Shown here: positions 24,041 through 36,885 of the stretch, piece by piece | Position numbering within the stretch: the stretch's first letter is position 1 | Layout: each line of letters opens with the position of its first letter | Assembly: GCF_964194155.1 (NCBI RefSeq) | Contig: NC_135899.1 | Span: forward strand, 81,840,001-81,904,000 | From: Cetorhinus maximus | Lineage: Eukaryota | Direction of reading: 5' to 3' | DNA length: 64,000 nucleotides | The notes under the pieces: generated by a model | What the model saw: the letters and a program-made list of their open reading frames with translations, nothing else | Databases searched by the model: none | What the model was told of the DNA's origin: nothing | Program-made: the position numbers and the translations under genes

Positions 24041-24675
24041 CACAAGAATACAAGAAATAGGAGCAGGAGGAGACCATGCGGTCTGTTGAGCCTGCTCCGC
24101 CAATTGTGGCTGGTCTTGGGTTTCAACTCCACTTTCCCAACTGCTCCCACATCCTTTAATTCCCCGAGGGACCAAAAACCTGCCTATCCCAGCCTTAAAT
24201 ATATTCAGCGATGGATCCACAACCCTCTGGGGTACAGAATTCCAAAGATTCACAACCCCTTGCGTGAAGTAATTTCTCCTTATCTTAGTCCTAAATGATT
24301 GGCCCTTTATCCTGAGGCTGTGCCCCCATGTTTTAGATTCCCAGGCAAACAGAAACAATCCCTCGGTGTCCACCCTATCAAGCCCCTTCAGAATTTTGTA
24401 GGTTTCCATGAAATCACCTCTCATTCTTCTAAAATCCAGAGAATATAAACCCAGTTTACTTAGCCTCTCATCATAGGACAATTTCCTTATCCCAGGAACT
24501 AATCTAGTGAACCTTCGCTGTACCGCCTACTGTGCAAGTATATCCAAACCTGCACACAGTATTCCAGATGTGGTCTCATGAAAACCCTGTACAACTGTAG
24601 AAAGGCTTCTTTATTCTTGAACTCCTTGCAATAAAGGCCAACATGCCAGTTGCCTTCCTAACTGCTTGTTGCATG
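24041..24675 (-). mobile_element. CR1 LINE 3' fragment
   Basis: SYDERLSKLGLYSLDFRRMRGDFMETYKILKGLDRVD... (ORF 23990-24481) and (ttcttgt)-type tail. Confidence 0.92.
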
Positions 24676-27064
24676 CAGAGGAAATAGTCCAACTGAAGTG
24701 TTATGCTGTGTGTTTTTCCACTCCAGCAAGATACAGCCCAGTATTACAGGGCCCTGCTTTGTTAATAGTTTCTAGCTGAACCCGAGGTGATAGAGGGAGC
24801 TCCTCTAGATTGATTGGGCTTGATATATTTTGCCTATTAAGAGAGCCTCTAGATGTTTTGAATGGAGTTTCGGTGAACCTATATTCTTAATGTACCTCAT
24901 TATTCCTGCTGATGTGACTTTCTTAAAAAAAAAAGTTGCACAAGTGACTTTCATTCTGATTAATGCATTACAGTGAGAGCAAGCTGACACAAATATCAAT
25001 AAAAATAATAGGATCAATTGCACTTTGGTTAAAACTTGATAACTGAATTTAACAAGCTAATAGCACAATGGTAAAGACATTCACTCCACCCACATGTGAT
25101 GGATTTTGTTGCGTTTTCTGGTAGGCTGCTACATGAGATGCTTTCTGAGGCACAACATCCCACCTTGGGGTAACAGTGACATTTTCTCTTACTCTGCAAC
25201 AATTAGTCCTCCTGGCTGTTGAGGATATTGGTGTCAAAAGGTTATAAAGGAGCCTTACCCACCCTGTCTGCTGAAGGCGCCTACATGAAAGTGAGTGATT
25301 TTGATTGGGAGGCGATAGATAGAAGGGAACCTAGTTAAAAATAAACCAAACACTAGAAGAGAGCGTACAGGCAACTCCCCTATAAATAGAAGCATCTTTT
25401 TTTTTTAACAAAGAAAACAATAATAATCCTTCCCTTAACCAAAACTGGCCTCATTAGAAATTCGGCTTTCTGTTCACATTTGTAGGAGTACGCACACATG
25501 GCTGATTTTAGAGGCCTTTTCAAACTGCCTCCTGAACTCACCTATTGTCCACACGCCCTCAGTTTCCAAAAAAAAATTGACTGGCTAGCAGCCAAGAGCA
25601 CCAATGTATAGAAGAGCTTGCACATTGACTCATCCCAGGTAACATTCACTGACATTGATGACTTAGCACAGGAGTGAAAGAATAGCTCAAACCCACAGTC
25701 ACCTGTGAAATGCTGCTCTATTCTACAACAGTGAGTGATCCCTCAGCTCCTAGCACAGTTTCTAAGGCCGATTTCATTAAAGTAATAATGCTTTCAACCT
25801 GCCAACTGTTAAGTGATAATTGGCAGATGTGTATTAGTTTTACTTTTCCCCAGTGTGAATCATCATTCCACTGGGCAGCGTAGATTTGGTTCACATCCAC
25901 AGTAAATCCTGTGGATTGACTCACTGCCCAAATGAAACGTTTCTCTTCATTTTCAGTGGGCAAGTCTTACATTCAGCACTGCTGCAGTATTGAAATGTAT
26001 CATTAAAGTGAATTAATAGGGTATTGCAAATATTGGAGGAGGTTTAACAGCTAGCACAATTCAAGCTTCAACACGGCTGGGGGATATATTCGATGAAAAA
26101 TTTCAAGGGTGTTATTTTTAGAACACCTGGGTTGATGTTCGAACTATGGAATGTGAACGATAGAGCTATGCACATGTGCCGTATTTATGCAGGACGTTAG
26201 GACAGGAAGAAAATCTCTCAGTAACACTGGGAAATTATGAAGGAGGGCAATGCTCCCACTGTTTCCCCTGTATTGGTGAGGAGGGAGAGTCCCAACTAGG
26301 ATTGGGGGTGGGGGAGTGGATGGGGGGAGACGGGCAAGGGGAATGACACAGGCAAATGTAATGACCCAAAAGATTAGGAAAGGGGGGAGTAATATTACCC
26401 CACTGCCTCAGCGCACTAAGAATTGGGTTGAGGAAAGTGAGGAGCAAGATCCACTACTTTGATATGCCCATTCACATTACCATACACGGCACAAGTATCG
26501 CTTTAACACAACTGGCAAAATTATAAATTAGAGCCAACAGGTAAGTAAGTATTTCAAATTGGATGCAAAAATGTTGTGCTTCTGATCAGTAAAGAATGCT
26601 TTGTAGAGGTTACTGGACTGGACTCAGGGCCTTATGTTCTTTATCATCATCAGCAACTTGTACGCGAGGTGTCTGTTGTCTGGTCAATGGCACTAGCAAT
26701 TGATCACACAAAACATATTAATAGATTTGCAGTGTTGATTCTGTCTCCACAAAACCTGCTTGTGAAAATTAATGAGGAAAGGAGCCAAATGCCTCAATAT
26801 TTTAGAGAAATGCCAAGATGCCACCAACTCACAAGATACCCCACTATGAATTAATGATTCTGTCAAAAGTATCAGGCACACTGTGAAAAATATTGCATTT
26901 TCCAGCAACTAGTCATCTCTTATAAATGAATTTTCCAGGCTGAGCTGAGCTACTGCAAGCCACCACTCACCCTTCACAGTCTACAGCAAGAGGAGTGAAG
27001 GCAATTGCTGGCTGCCTTAAAGCAGGCATGCTGTCAGAATCTGTCCTACTTACTATATAGAATT

Positions 27065-27180
27065 AATTAGAATTTACAGCACAGATTTGGCCCAACTGGT
27101 CTATGCCAGTGCTTTTGCTCCACAGGATCTTCCTCCCACAATATTCCATCTCACCCCATCAGCATTTCCTTCTCCCTCGT
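27065..27180 (-). mobile_element. CR1 3' tail
   Basis: ttacagcacag...ttggcccaactggtctatgccagtg similar to other CR1 tails. Confidence 0.6.
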
Positions 27181-27191
27181 GTACTCTCCAA

Positions 27192-27305
27192 TGGGGAGAT
27201 GGTCACTAAATGTCACTAAACCAGTAATCCAAAGGCCCAGGCTGATGCTCTGGGGGACACGATTTCAATTCCACCAAGGCAGCTGGTAGAATTTAAATTC
27301 AGTTC
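27192..27305 (+). mobile_element. 5' part of the tRNA-derived SINE
   Basis: agtaatccaaaggcccaggctgatgctctggggg...gcagctggtagaatttaaattc. Confidence 0.75.
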
Positions 27306-27314
27306 CTAAAATCA

Positions 27315-27810
27315 CATTCTTCCCTCCATAAACTTGAGGTCATCCAAAACCATGCTGCCAGTCACACCAATAGCACCCCTGTGCTTGCTGACTTACAATG
27401 GCTCCCGGTCAAGCAACATCTTCATTGTAAGATTCTCATCCTTGTTTTCAAATCCCTCCCTGGCCTTGTCCTCCCCTACCTCTGTAATCTCCTCCAGTCC
27501 AAAACCCTCTGAGATATCTGCACTCCTCTAATGATGAGCTCTAGAGCATCCCCGATTTTAATCACTGCACCATGGGTGGTCACATCTTCAGTTGCCTAGG
27601 CCACAAGCTCTGGAATGCCCTACACCTCTTCACCGCACTACCTCGCTTCCTTCCTTCAAGACATCCCTTTAAACCTACCTCTTAAACCAAGCCTTTGGGT
27701 CATCTGACCTAATATCTCCTTGTGTGGTTCAGTGTCATGTTTTGTTTTATAACATTCCTGAGGTACCTTGGGAGGTTAAAGGCACTATATAAATATAAAT
27801 TGTTGCTGTT
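27315..27810 (+). mobile_element. L2 LINE 3' fragment
   Basis: Similar to the reverse complement of 10290-10800; tail ttaaaggcactatataaat. Confidence 0.8.
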
Positions 27811-28744
27811 GAATAAATGAAAACTTAGCTCAGGACTTCACCACTCGAATAGCCTCAAGACACTTACTGTCCAGGCACACACATCAGGAATAACAACATG
27901 AATGTCATCCCAGTGGATACCAGCACCCAGCTGTGGACTCTGAAGAACAAGGAGAGGAAACTAGAGGAAAGCCTGGAGGAGAATAAAATAAAGGGGGGGA
28001 AGGGGAGGTAAATTGGCAAAAGAAACCTGCATAGCTCCTTGTGGCTCATTCCAAAAATAAGACTAAAAGTCAATCTTTTTATGTTCGATTACCCAGACAG
28101 TGGCTTGTTGATAAATAAAAATTATTTCAAGACTATAACTGTATCGTATTTAAGGTTTTATTATTGAGGAGCCTGACAATGCTAATAACCTTTGCTGTAC
28201 AACAGCATTTCTACTAGCTACAGGCAGCTTAGCATTCCTGGAGGCAGGAATCTCAGTTTGTTTGATTTATTAATAGAATCTCAAGCATCTGTGTTATCTG
28301 TTATTCAGAAGTGATCTGGGGACTTATTATATAAAAACACAATTCAGGAATTTCCCTCCCACCTCACTGACCTCTTCAAAGATATGTTAACAAAATCAAA
28401 CCCGATCATTTCTGCCTCTGGTAAAATTTTTACGTGCAGTAACAGTAACTCAAAGCATCAAAATCAAGGCAGTCACTAAGTGAAAATTCTCACATGTAGT
28501 GATAATGGTCTTTGAATTTATCGTTGGATATATTAGTGTATGGGTATTTAACGTAGTCAGATGAAATTCCTTCACCTGCTATCTTAAGAGGTATTAACCT
28601 ATAAGAAACAGGTTAATGTTAAAATAAAAGACATGTCACTGAACATGTTACTCAAATACCACAAGCAATGATCTGTAGGCCAAAAATACTGCATATACAC
28701 AATGCATTATCACAGTGAAATGTTTCTGAGCCTTCCACACAATT

Positions 28745-29080
28745 CCTTTTACAGCGCAGTGACTTGCTATGTTGTCACTTGTGGCAACCAGCAACATCCT
28801 GCATACAGTCGCAAGATGAAAGACTAGTTAATCTGGAGGGGTTTCTTGATGGGGCTGATTGAGTGAGGAATGTGGCACAGAAAACCAGGAGACGACCATC
28901 ATATAGTGCCATGGGATCTTCAATGTCCACCTGCCCTGGCATTTCATTTGAAGGGTGGTGCCTCTGACAATGCAGCACATTTCAGCAATATACCAACACG
29001 TCAGCCTATTTTTGAAATACAATCACCCAAACCCGCAATCTTCTCACTCAGAGGCAAGAGTGCAATCAACTCAACTGACA
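28745..29080 (-). mobile_element. Decayed Deu-domain SINE
   Basis: atagtgccatgggatctt..tgtccacctg and ttctcactcagaggcaagagtgc motifs. Confidence 0.7.
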
Positions 29081-29149
29081 CACTTCAAAATATATATTGC
29101 ACAATTACATATTCTAAGCATGCACACATTTTAAATATGTCATCCTATG

Positions 29150-30940
29150 AGGCAACAGTTAATAAAGTATATAGTATTGTGGGCTTTATTAATAGGGGAA
29201 TTGAGTACAAGGGTAAGGAGGTCATGTTGAACTTGCGTAAGACACTAGTTAGGCCTCATAGAGTTATGGGGTCATTGAGTTATACAGCACAGAAACAGAC
29301 CCTTCGGCCCATCATGTTCGTGACAGCCATCAAGCACCTATCTATTCTAATCCCATTTTCCAGCACTTGGCCCGTAGCCCTGGATGCTGTTGCACTTCAA
29401 GTGCTCATCTAAATACTTCTTAAATGTTGTGAGGGTTCCTTGCCGCTACCACCCCCTCAGGCAGTGTGTTCCAGATTCCAGGTCTATATTTGCTTTGCCT
29501 TCCACACTGACTTAGTTTCTCTTCTAATTTTTGGCTGTGCATCACCCCTTACTGTATCTCCACTCTGTATCCCATCGCCCTGCAAAATTAGTTTAAACCC
29601 CTCCCACCAACAGCACGAGCAAACCTCCTCGCAAGGATGTTGGTCCCGTTCCGCTTCAGGTGCAACCCGTCCGACTTGTACAGGCCCCACCTTTGCCAGA
29701 AAGTGATCCAGGAAACTGAAGCCCTCCCTTCTGCACCATCTCTGCAGCCATGCATTCATCCTCTCTATCCTCCTATTCCTATACTCACTAGCACATGGCA
29801 CAGGGGGTAATCCAGAGATTACAACCTTTGAGGTCCTGCTTTTTAATCTGCTACCTAGCTCCCCAAATTCTTGTTGCAGGACCTCATCCCTTTTTCTACC
29901 TATGTCATTGGTACCAATGTGAACCATGACCTCTGACTGTTCACCCTCCCCCTTCAGAATGCCCTGCAGCCGTTCTGTGACATCCTTAACCCTGGCACCA
30001 GGGAGACAACGCACCATCCTGGAGTCACATCTATGGCCACAGAAGCGCCTGTCTGCACTCCTCACTACTGAGCTTCCTACCACTATTGCTCATGCCCTCT
30101 GACTCCTCCCCCCTTGTGCAGCTGAGTCACCCACAGTGCTGTGAACGTGGCTCTGGCTTCACTCTCCAGAGGAACATTCACCCTCACTGTTTTCCAACTC
30201 AGAAAATTGGTTCTTGAGTGAGATGCACTCTTTCCTGGGCTTTCCTGACTACCTGCTGCCTCCCTTCTTCTGACTGGTGGTCACCCATTCCCTCTCTGAC
30301 TGCACTTCCTTAAGCTGCGGAGTGACCACATCTAAACTCGTGCTATCCATGTAACCCTCAGCCTCGCGGATGCACCACTGTATGTCCAGCTCATCTGGAG
30401 TACTGCACCCAGTTCTGGGCACCATACTTGAGGAAGGATGTGAAGGCGTTGGAGAGAGTACAGAGGAAATTCACAAGAATGATTCCAGGGATAGAGAGCT
30501 GTAGCTATGAGGATAGATTGGAGAGGTTGAGATTGTTTTCCTTGGATAAGATAAGGCTGAGAGGATACTTGATAGTGATGTTCAAGATCCTGAGGGGTAT
30601 GGACAGGGTAAATAGTGAGAAACTGTTCCCACTCAAGAGAACATCAAGAACTAGAGGGCACAGATTCAAAATAATTGGCAAAAGGAGTTTAAGTGAGGTT
30701 GGAGAAAAAAAAATTCACCCAGAGAGTGGTTGGTGTCTGGAACAAACTTCCTGAGAGGGTGGTGGAGGCAGGTTCAATCGAGGTATTCTAAAGGGTATTG
30801 GATTGCTATCTGAAAAGAAAGAATGTGCAAGGTTACAGGGATAAGGCAGGGGAGTGGGACTAGGTAGAATGCTCATTCAGAGAGACAGTGCAGACTCGAT
30901 GGGCCAAATGGTCTCCTCCTGCACTGTAAAGATTCTGTGA
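29150..30940 (+). mobile_element. CR1 3' fragment (29150-29259 plus 30390-30940) split by a second CR1-derived insert
   Basis: GFINRGIEYKGKEVMLNL.KTLVRPH continues as HLEYCTQFWAPYLRKDVKALERVQRKFTRMIPG. Confidence 0.9.
29260..30389 (-). mobile_element. Internally deleted CR1: ORF1 (SGNH esterase) joined directly to the 3' tail
   Basis: ORF 29484-30083 VGSSVVR...CLPGARVKDV...VHIGTND...KVVISGL...NAWL is the CR1 ORF1 esterase; CR1 tail at 29260-29482; ctcat on both sides (29255-29259, 30390-30394). Confidence 0.88.
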
Positions 30941-30949
30941 TGTCTTATT

Positions 30950-31205
30950 CTTCAGTTATCTGGAAAAACTGGAGAATAGGGTTGTTCTCCTTGAAGCAGA
31001 GGCACTTAAAGAGAGATTTAAGAGAGGTGTTCAAAATCATGAAGAGTTTTGATAGAATAAATGGGGAGAAATTGTTGCCAGTGACAGGATGGTGAGTGAA
31101 CAGGACACTCAGATTTAAGGTAATAGGCATACTGAGCTGAGGAAGAGGAGGAGAAAATTTTAAATGCAGCGAGTTGCTAAGATCTGGAGTGCACTGCCTC
31201 AAAAT
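30950..31205 (+). mobile_element. CR1 ORF2 C-terminal fragment
   Basis: GLFSLKQRHLKRDLREVFKIMKSFDRINGEKL readable on the + strand. Confidence 0.8.
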
Positions 31206-31271
31206 ACTGTAAGATTTACTGCAAAACATGGTTTGTCATTGCTGTATATTTTATATATCTCAGGTGGGCAG

Positions 31272-31526
31272 TGTTGTATGTTTTATATATCCCAGGGCAA
31301 TGCAGAGATGACACTATTTTCTAAATGTACAACAGGTTTATTTACAAGAGTTTTAAAATACCTCTGCAACCACCAAAAGTCTGCTCTCATACTGCTTCTG
31401 GTAGTTTCTGTGGTGTCTGTTTACTTTGCTCTGAATCCACAACCAGACTTAACCAATCAAGTACAGTGAGAATAGATCAGTTACCAGACTCACACAATCA
31501 AACAGAACAATTGAACACTACCTACA
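31272..31526. mobile_element. Solo LTR, related to 62426-62657
   Basis: TG...CA ends; shares atgcagagatgacact, tgtttacttt, aatcaag and cagactcaca blocks with the second copy. Confidence 0.65.
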
Positions 31527-31994
31527 AAGCTAATGAACTATCTCTAGCGACAGCTACAGGATCCTAAGTTGTCTGCTCTGTGTTATTGGCACCTCTTAAT
31601 CCTCTATTTTACAAACAAAAATTCTCATTGCTTATCATTGCAGCAAAATGAATGTAAACTTTAGCCTCCAAGGGATGTAACGAGAGTAGCCTGTTCTATG
31701 TTATTCTTCAGATCTCCTGTCAAGATATCTCACATGGGTAAAGTTGTCAGTAATAACAAATCAATAAATTCCAAGGTTCAGACTTGCCTTTGAACACCAC
31801 AAAACCCGTAAACTTCAAATCCAAATCAAACAAGCGGGGGTCGGGGATTGCGCGAGGGAACATATCACTGAACCATTAACGAGTTAAAGTCATACCAGCT
31901 CCTTGAGAACCTGCTCCCTCCCAACCATTAGACTACAACTGTCAAACGCCAGAAACATCAGACTAGCAGGGCTATATTCCGCCTGGATAATTTA

Positions 31995-32225
31995 TGGAAA
32001 TAGGCAATGGATATCTGGAACTCCATTCTCCAAAAAGCCATTGAGGCTAGGGTTCATTCAAATTTTAACGCTGAGGCTGATAGATTTTTGTTAGGCAAGG
32101 GTGTCGAGGGTTACAGAATCAAGGTGGGCAAATGGAATTAAGCTGCAGATCGGGCATGGCTGGATTGAATGTGGGACTGGTTTGAGGAGCTGAGTGGCCT
32201 ACTCCTGTTCCTATGTTCCTCTGTT
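31995..32225 (+). mobile_element. CR1 3' tail
   Basis: tggaactc...gatagatttttg...tggcctactcctgttcctatgttcct. Confidence 0.75.
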
Positions 32226-32574
32226 CTTAAAATAACGCAGTGACATGTGTTAACCAGTAATAGGTTCTAAAATGTTGAAAAAAAAAAAATGACTCATTTA
32301 CACTCTAGATTTCAAACTAAAATAAAACCCATAATGGCTCTGCTTTTCTGTAAAATATACCCTGATTTACAAATTGACACAACCTCTTGCCCCCCCACCA
32401 CCCCCCCCCAGCCTCCAAAGCTGTGGGAGGAATCACATAGAAGTCATGACACATGTTTCATTATCAGGATATGTGTGCAAACTGAACATTGATCTCTTTC
32501 TCATCAGAGCCGTGCTGTTGTGAATGTAGAGTGAATAGGATCGGTCTCATTCTTTCCTAGAACCTTTTAATAAA

Positions 32575-34325
32575 TTTGGTCATGGGACATGAACATCGCT
32601 GGCTAAGCCAGCATTTATTACTGATCCCAAATTCCCCTTTAGAAGTTGGCAGTGTGTCGCCTTCTTGAACCACTACAGTCTATGTAGTATGTGGTGTAGG
32701 TACACCCACAATGCTGTTAGGGAGGGAGTTCCAGGATTTTGAACCAGTGACATTAAAGGAAAAAAGCAAAATACTGCAAATGCTGGAAATCTAGAACAAA
32801 AACAAAAATACTTGGAAAAACTCAGCAGGTCTGACAGCATCTGCGGAGAGGGATACAGTTGACGTTGTAAGTCCGTATGACCCTTCATCAGAACTAAGAC
32901 ATATAGAAATGAGATGATATAAGCTGGTAGAAGGGGGTGGGACAGGAGAGCTCGATAGGGGGGGCCAGTGATAGGTGGAGGCCAAGAGGAGACTGCCAAA
33001 GATGTCATAGACAAAAGCACAAAGGGGTGTTGACGGTGGTGATATTATCTAAAGGATGTGCTAATGGGGAACATTAATGGAAGCAAGCTAGTGGCAGATG
33101 GCCCTACTGAGGGTGGGGTGGGGGGAAGGGATAGAAATGGGTTAAAAGGTGGAGATGAAACAATAGATCGAAATAAATTTTAAAATAGGAGGGAAAAGAA
33201 AAAAGTTATAAATTATTGGACAAGGGGGGGATCAGAAAGGGGGTGGGGATGGAGGAGAGAGTTCATGATCTAAAGTTGTTGAACTCAATATTCAGTCCAG
33301 AAGGCTGTAAAGTGCCTAGTCGGAAGATGAGGTGCTGTTCCTCCAGTTTGCGTTGAGCTTCACTGGAACATTGCAGCAAGCCAAGGACGGACAAGTGGGC
33401 ATGAGAGCAGGTTGGAGTGTTGAAATGGCAAGCGACAGGGAGGTCTGGGTCATGCTTACGGACAGACCGATGGTGTTCCGCAAAGCAGTCACCCAGTCTG
33501 CGTTTGGTCTCTCCAATGTAGAGGAAACCGCATTGGGAGCAACGAACGCAGTAGACTAAATTGAGGGAAGTGCAAGTGAATCGCTGCTTCATTTGAAAAG
33601 TGTGTTTGGGCCCTTGGACGGTGAGGAGAGGGTAAGTAAAGGGGCAGATGTTGCACCTTCTGCGGTTGCATGGGAAGGTGCCGTGGGAGGGGGTTGAGGT
33701 GTAGGGGGTGATGGAGGAGTGGACCAGGGTGTCCCGGAGGGAACGGTCCCTGCGGAATGCCGCCAGGGAGGGTGAAGGGAAGATGTGTTTGGTGGTGGCA
33801 TCATGCTGGAAATGGCAGAGGATGATCCTTTGAACGTGGAGGCTGGTGGGGTGATAAGTGAGGACAAGGGGGACCCTATCATGTTTCGGGGAGGGAGAGG
33901 AAGGTGTGAGGGCGGATGCGCGGGAGATGGGCCGGACACGGTTGAAATTAAAGGAACATTGATATAGTTTAAAGTCGGGAATGGTGAGTGACTTGGAGGG
34001 AGCTTGCAGTTGGTGGTGTTCTGATGCCTCTGCTGCCCTTGGCCTTCAAGATGGTAAAGGTCACAGGTTTGTAAGATGCTGTCGAAGGAGCCTTGGTGAG
34101 TTGCTGCAGTGCATCTTGTAGATGGTGCACACTGCTGCCACTGTGCGTCAGTGGTGGGGGGAGTGAATGTTGAAAGTGGTGAATGGGGTGTTGATCGAGT
34201 GAGCTTCCTGAGTGTTGTTGGAGCTGCACTCATCCAGGCAAGTGGAGAGTATTCCATCAAACTCCTGACTTGTGCCTTGTAAACAGTGGACAGGTTTTGG
34301 GGAGTCAGGAGATGAGTTACCCATT
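32575..34325 (-). mobile_element. Crack-like LINE 3' fragment (33947-34325 plus 32575-32761) split by a PLE
   Basis: VTHLLTPQNLSTVYKAQVRSLMEYSPLAWMSAAPTTL; the tail resumes left of the insertion. Confidence 0.88.
32762..33946 (-). mobile_element. 5'-truncated Penelope-like element, 10-bp TSD
   Basis: GIY-YIG ORF 33263-33592; highly similar to 11206-12385; TSD attaaaggaa at 32752-32761 and 33947-33956; hammerhead at 32857-32895 with mutated GAAA box. Confidence 0.94.
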
Positions 34326-34989
34326 TACCCAAAGTAAGGCGCGTAACAGTTCCTCTGTGTGTTAGAGAGGGCGAGAGGGATTGGTAGCTTGTGATGTAAA
34401 TTTGAATTTGCTACAGATTTTCAGAAAAATTATAATGAAGGGGATCATTTCTACCTGTCAGGTTGGGGTGAAGGGGGCAAGAGATGAGGTGGCATGTGAA
34501 GGGAATGCATTGCGATCAGATTTCATGCTAAGATCTACCACTTTACACAGGTTGTAAGACAGCGCAACCTTCTCAAGGGCAATAAATACCGGCCTTGCCA
34601 GTGACCACAACATTGCAAAAATTAAGTGAAAAAGCTTCTTCCCCTTCTGAGCTGCCTGAGGAGATGAAGCTGGGGATTCGCATTTGGTTAATGGAAGTGC
34701 CGACTGATGCAAATTTCTCGATGATTTCAGCCAGAAATCAAAAGTCAGCACATTCAGCTTAACAGATCCAGAGCAGCCTTTCCTATGAACTCAGAGAGGA
34801 GGAAATTACACTGGTTCAGGTCAACCTGAAGAGGGAGGGAAAGGAATGATCAAAAAAGTAGGTTTAAAGGAGGCTTTAGAAAGTGAGAGATGCCGCAAGC
34901 AGAGGGATTAAGGGAAAGAGAATTAAGAGTTACAGAAGAAAAAGAGATGGTGAGAGGTTCCACCACTAATGGTACAGTCTGTGGCGAGT

Positions 34990-35530
34990 TTCTTTATTCT
35001 TTCATGGGAGGCTAGTGGGCTATTGCCCATCACTAATCGCCCTTGAGAAGGTGGTGGAGAGCTGTCTTCTTGAACCGCTGCAGTCCATGTGGTGTAGGTA
35101 CACCCACAGTGCTGTTAGGGAGGGAAGTTGAGGCTGGTGGTGTTCTCATGCGTCTGCTGCCCTGATCTCTCTAGGTTGTAGAAGTTGCAGGTTTGGAAGA
35201 TGTTGCAGTGCATCTTGTATATTGTACAAACTGCTGCTGTTGTGTGTCAGTGATGGAGGGGGTGAATATTTAGGTTGGTGGATGGAGTGCCAATCAAGCG
35301 GGCTGCTTTGTCCTGGATGGTGTCGAGCTTCTTGAGTGTTGTGCAGGCAAGTGGAGAGTATTCCATCACACTCCTGACTTGTGCCTTGTAGATGGTGGAC
35401 AGGCTTTGGGGAGTCAGGAGGTGAGTTACTCGCCGTAGAATTCCCAGCCTCTGACCTGCTCTTGTAGCTACAGTATTTATATAGCTGGTCCAGTTCAGTT
35501 GCTGGTCAATGGTGACCCCTAGGATCCTGA
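34990..35530 (-). mobile_element. Crack-like LINE 3' fragment
   Basis: Reverse complement matches 6140-6800 with deletions. Confidence 0.85.
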
Positions 35531-35534
35531 TTAT

Positions 35535-35919
35535 GTGGATTCAGCAATGGTAAGTGGGTGGGCGATGTTGGAATGCTCAGAGTAAATGGTGTGGATGGAT
35601 ATATGGGGCTTCACATGCTTAAAAAGGTAGGAAACAGCAAAGTGATGGTGGGGCTTGCAGACAAAGACAAGGAATTTGAAACTGATGCACTCAAGTGGGA
35701 GGTCAGCAGGAATTGGCAACACAGGAACAATAGGTGAGCTGGGCTTTGAACGCCATAGAAGGGCCAGAGTTTATATAGGGTGGAGATGACCAGGGGGATA
35801 TTGGAAAAGGTAAGTCCCCTGGAAACTAGGATTTCAGCATCAGTGGAAATCAAATAGGGAAAGGGACAAATGATATTTTGGAGGCTGAAGTAGGTAATCT
35901 CGGAAAATGACTAGGAAGC
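35535..35919 (-). mobile_element. Old L2 fragment, the target of the Gypsy insertion
   Basis: LPLECISFKFLVFVCKPHHHFAVSYL resembles the L2 motif LP...RI.FKIL.L..K.L...AP.YL. Confidence 0.6.
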
Positions 35920-36151
35920 TGTTGTAGAGTTGATTTTCCAGGCAACTTTTCTTAGTGGAAAGATTAAACTTCATTTACCAGACAGCAGCAGCAGCTACCT
36001 GTGTGCATCAAACTCTATAACTAAAGAAGAACTCTCCCCTGGAGGATCCCCATGCTACTAACTCATTGGTTTACACAGGTCATGTGATCTTACAACATAG
36101 GATTATTCGTAAAGTTACAGTCCTACGTTTATCAAAACTATAATTACTACA
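35920..36151 (-). repeat. 3' LTR
   Basis: Direct repeat of 38839-39063; adjacent PPT (minus strand aaaaaggggaggaa, 36152-36165). Confidence 0.95.
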
Positions 36152-36449
36152 TTCCTCCCCTTTTTACTTTTCTGCACATTTTGTATTTACAAGGATATTT
36201 ATCTCATGACATTACAATATTTACACAGGTCATGAAATTACAGGCTGAGTCTTTCAGGTGGTTTCCTGATCTGCCTGGAATGTCGTAGCTCCACAACTTC
36301 AGGTTATTTGACAGGAACCACATTCTCTGGAACCGCATTAACATCAGGTACCTCATTAGGCACAGGCAGTTCAGTGTCTTCCACTCCAACAGAGACATCG
36401 GGCATGTCTATCCTCGGTTGAGCAACTTCAACAGGAACCACTGGTTCAG

Positions 36450-36885
36450 CAATGGTTACAGGTGGAACATCATTTTATTGGGGTATCTCCCTTCTTCTTA
36501 AATGATCGACATGCTTACAGGTGATCCTGCCCTCCATTTCCACGTGGTGTGACAATGGTCCAGTCACAGAGCTTAGTTTACCAGGTAACCATGTCGGTCC
36601 GCCACCGAAATTCCTTACATATACTGCTTCTCCAACAGTAAATTATCGCTCATGACTATGCAAATCATGAGTCGTTTTTTGGTTCCCTTGATTTTTCTCC
36701 ACCTTCCCCTCAAAATTGGGAAGTATCAGGCTTAGTCTTGCTTGAAGACAGCGCCTCACCGGTAACTCTGCAAGTGTTGCTCCTGTTGTAGTTTGGGGGT
36801 TGTTCTGTAGTGAAATAGGAAATAAACAAGTTTAATTTCCAACGATTCACCTGTTAACTTTCTCATTCCCATCTTTTATTGTGTT
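36450..36885 (-). pseudogene. Gypsy integrase C-terminal remnant
   Basis: Minus-strand translation MRKLTGESLEIKLVYFLFHYRTTP..TTGATLAEL..RRCLQARLSLILP. Confidence 0.8.
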
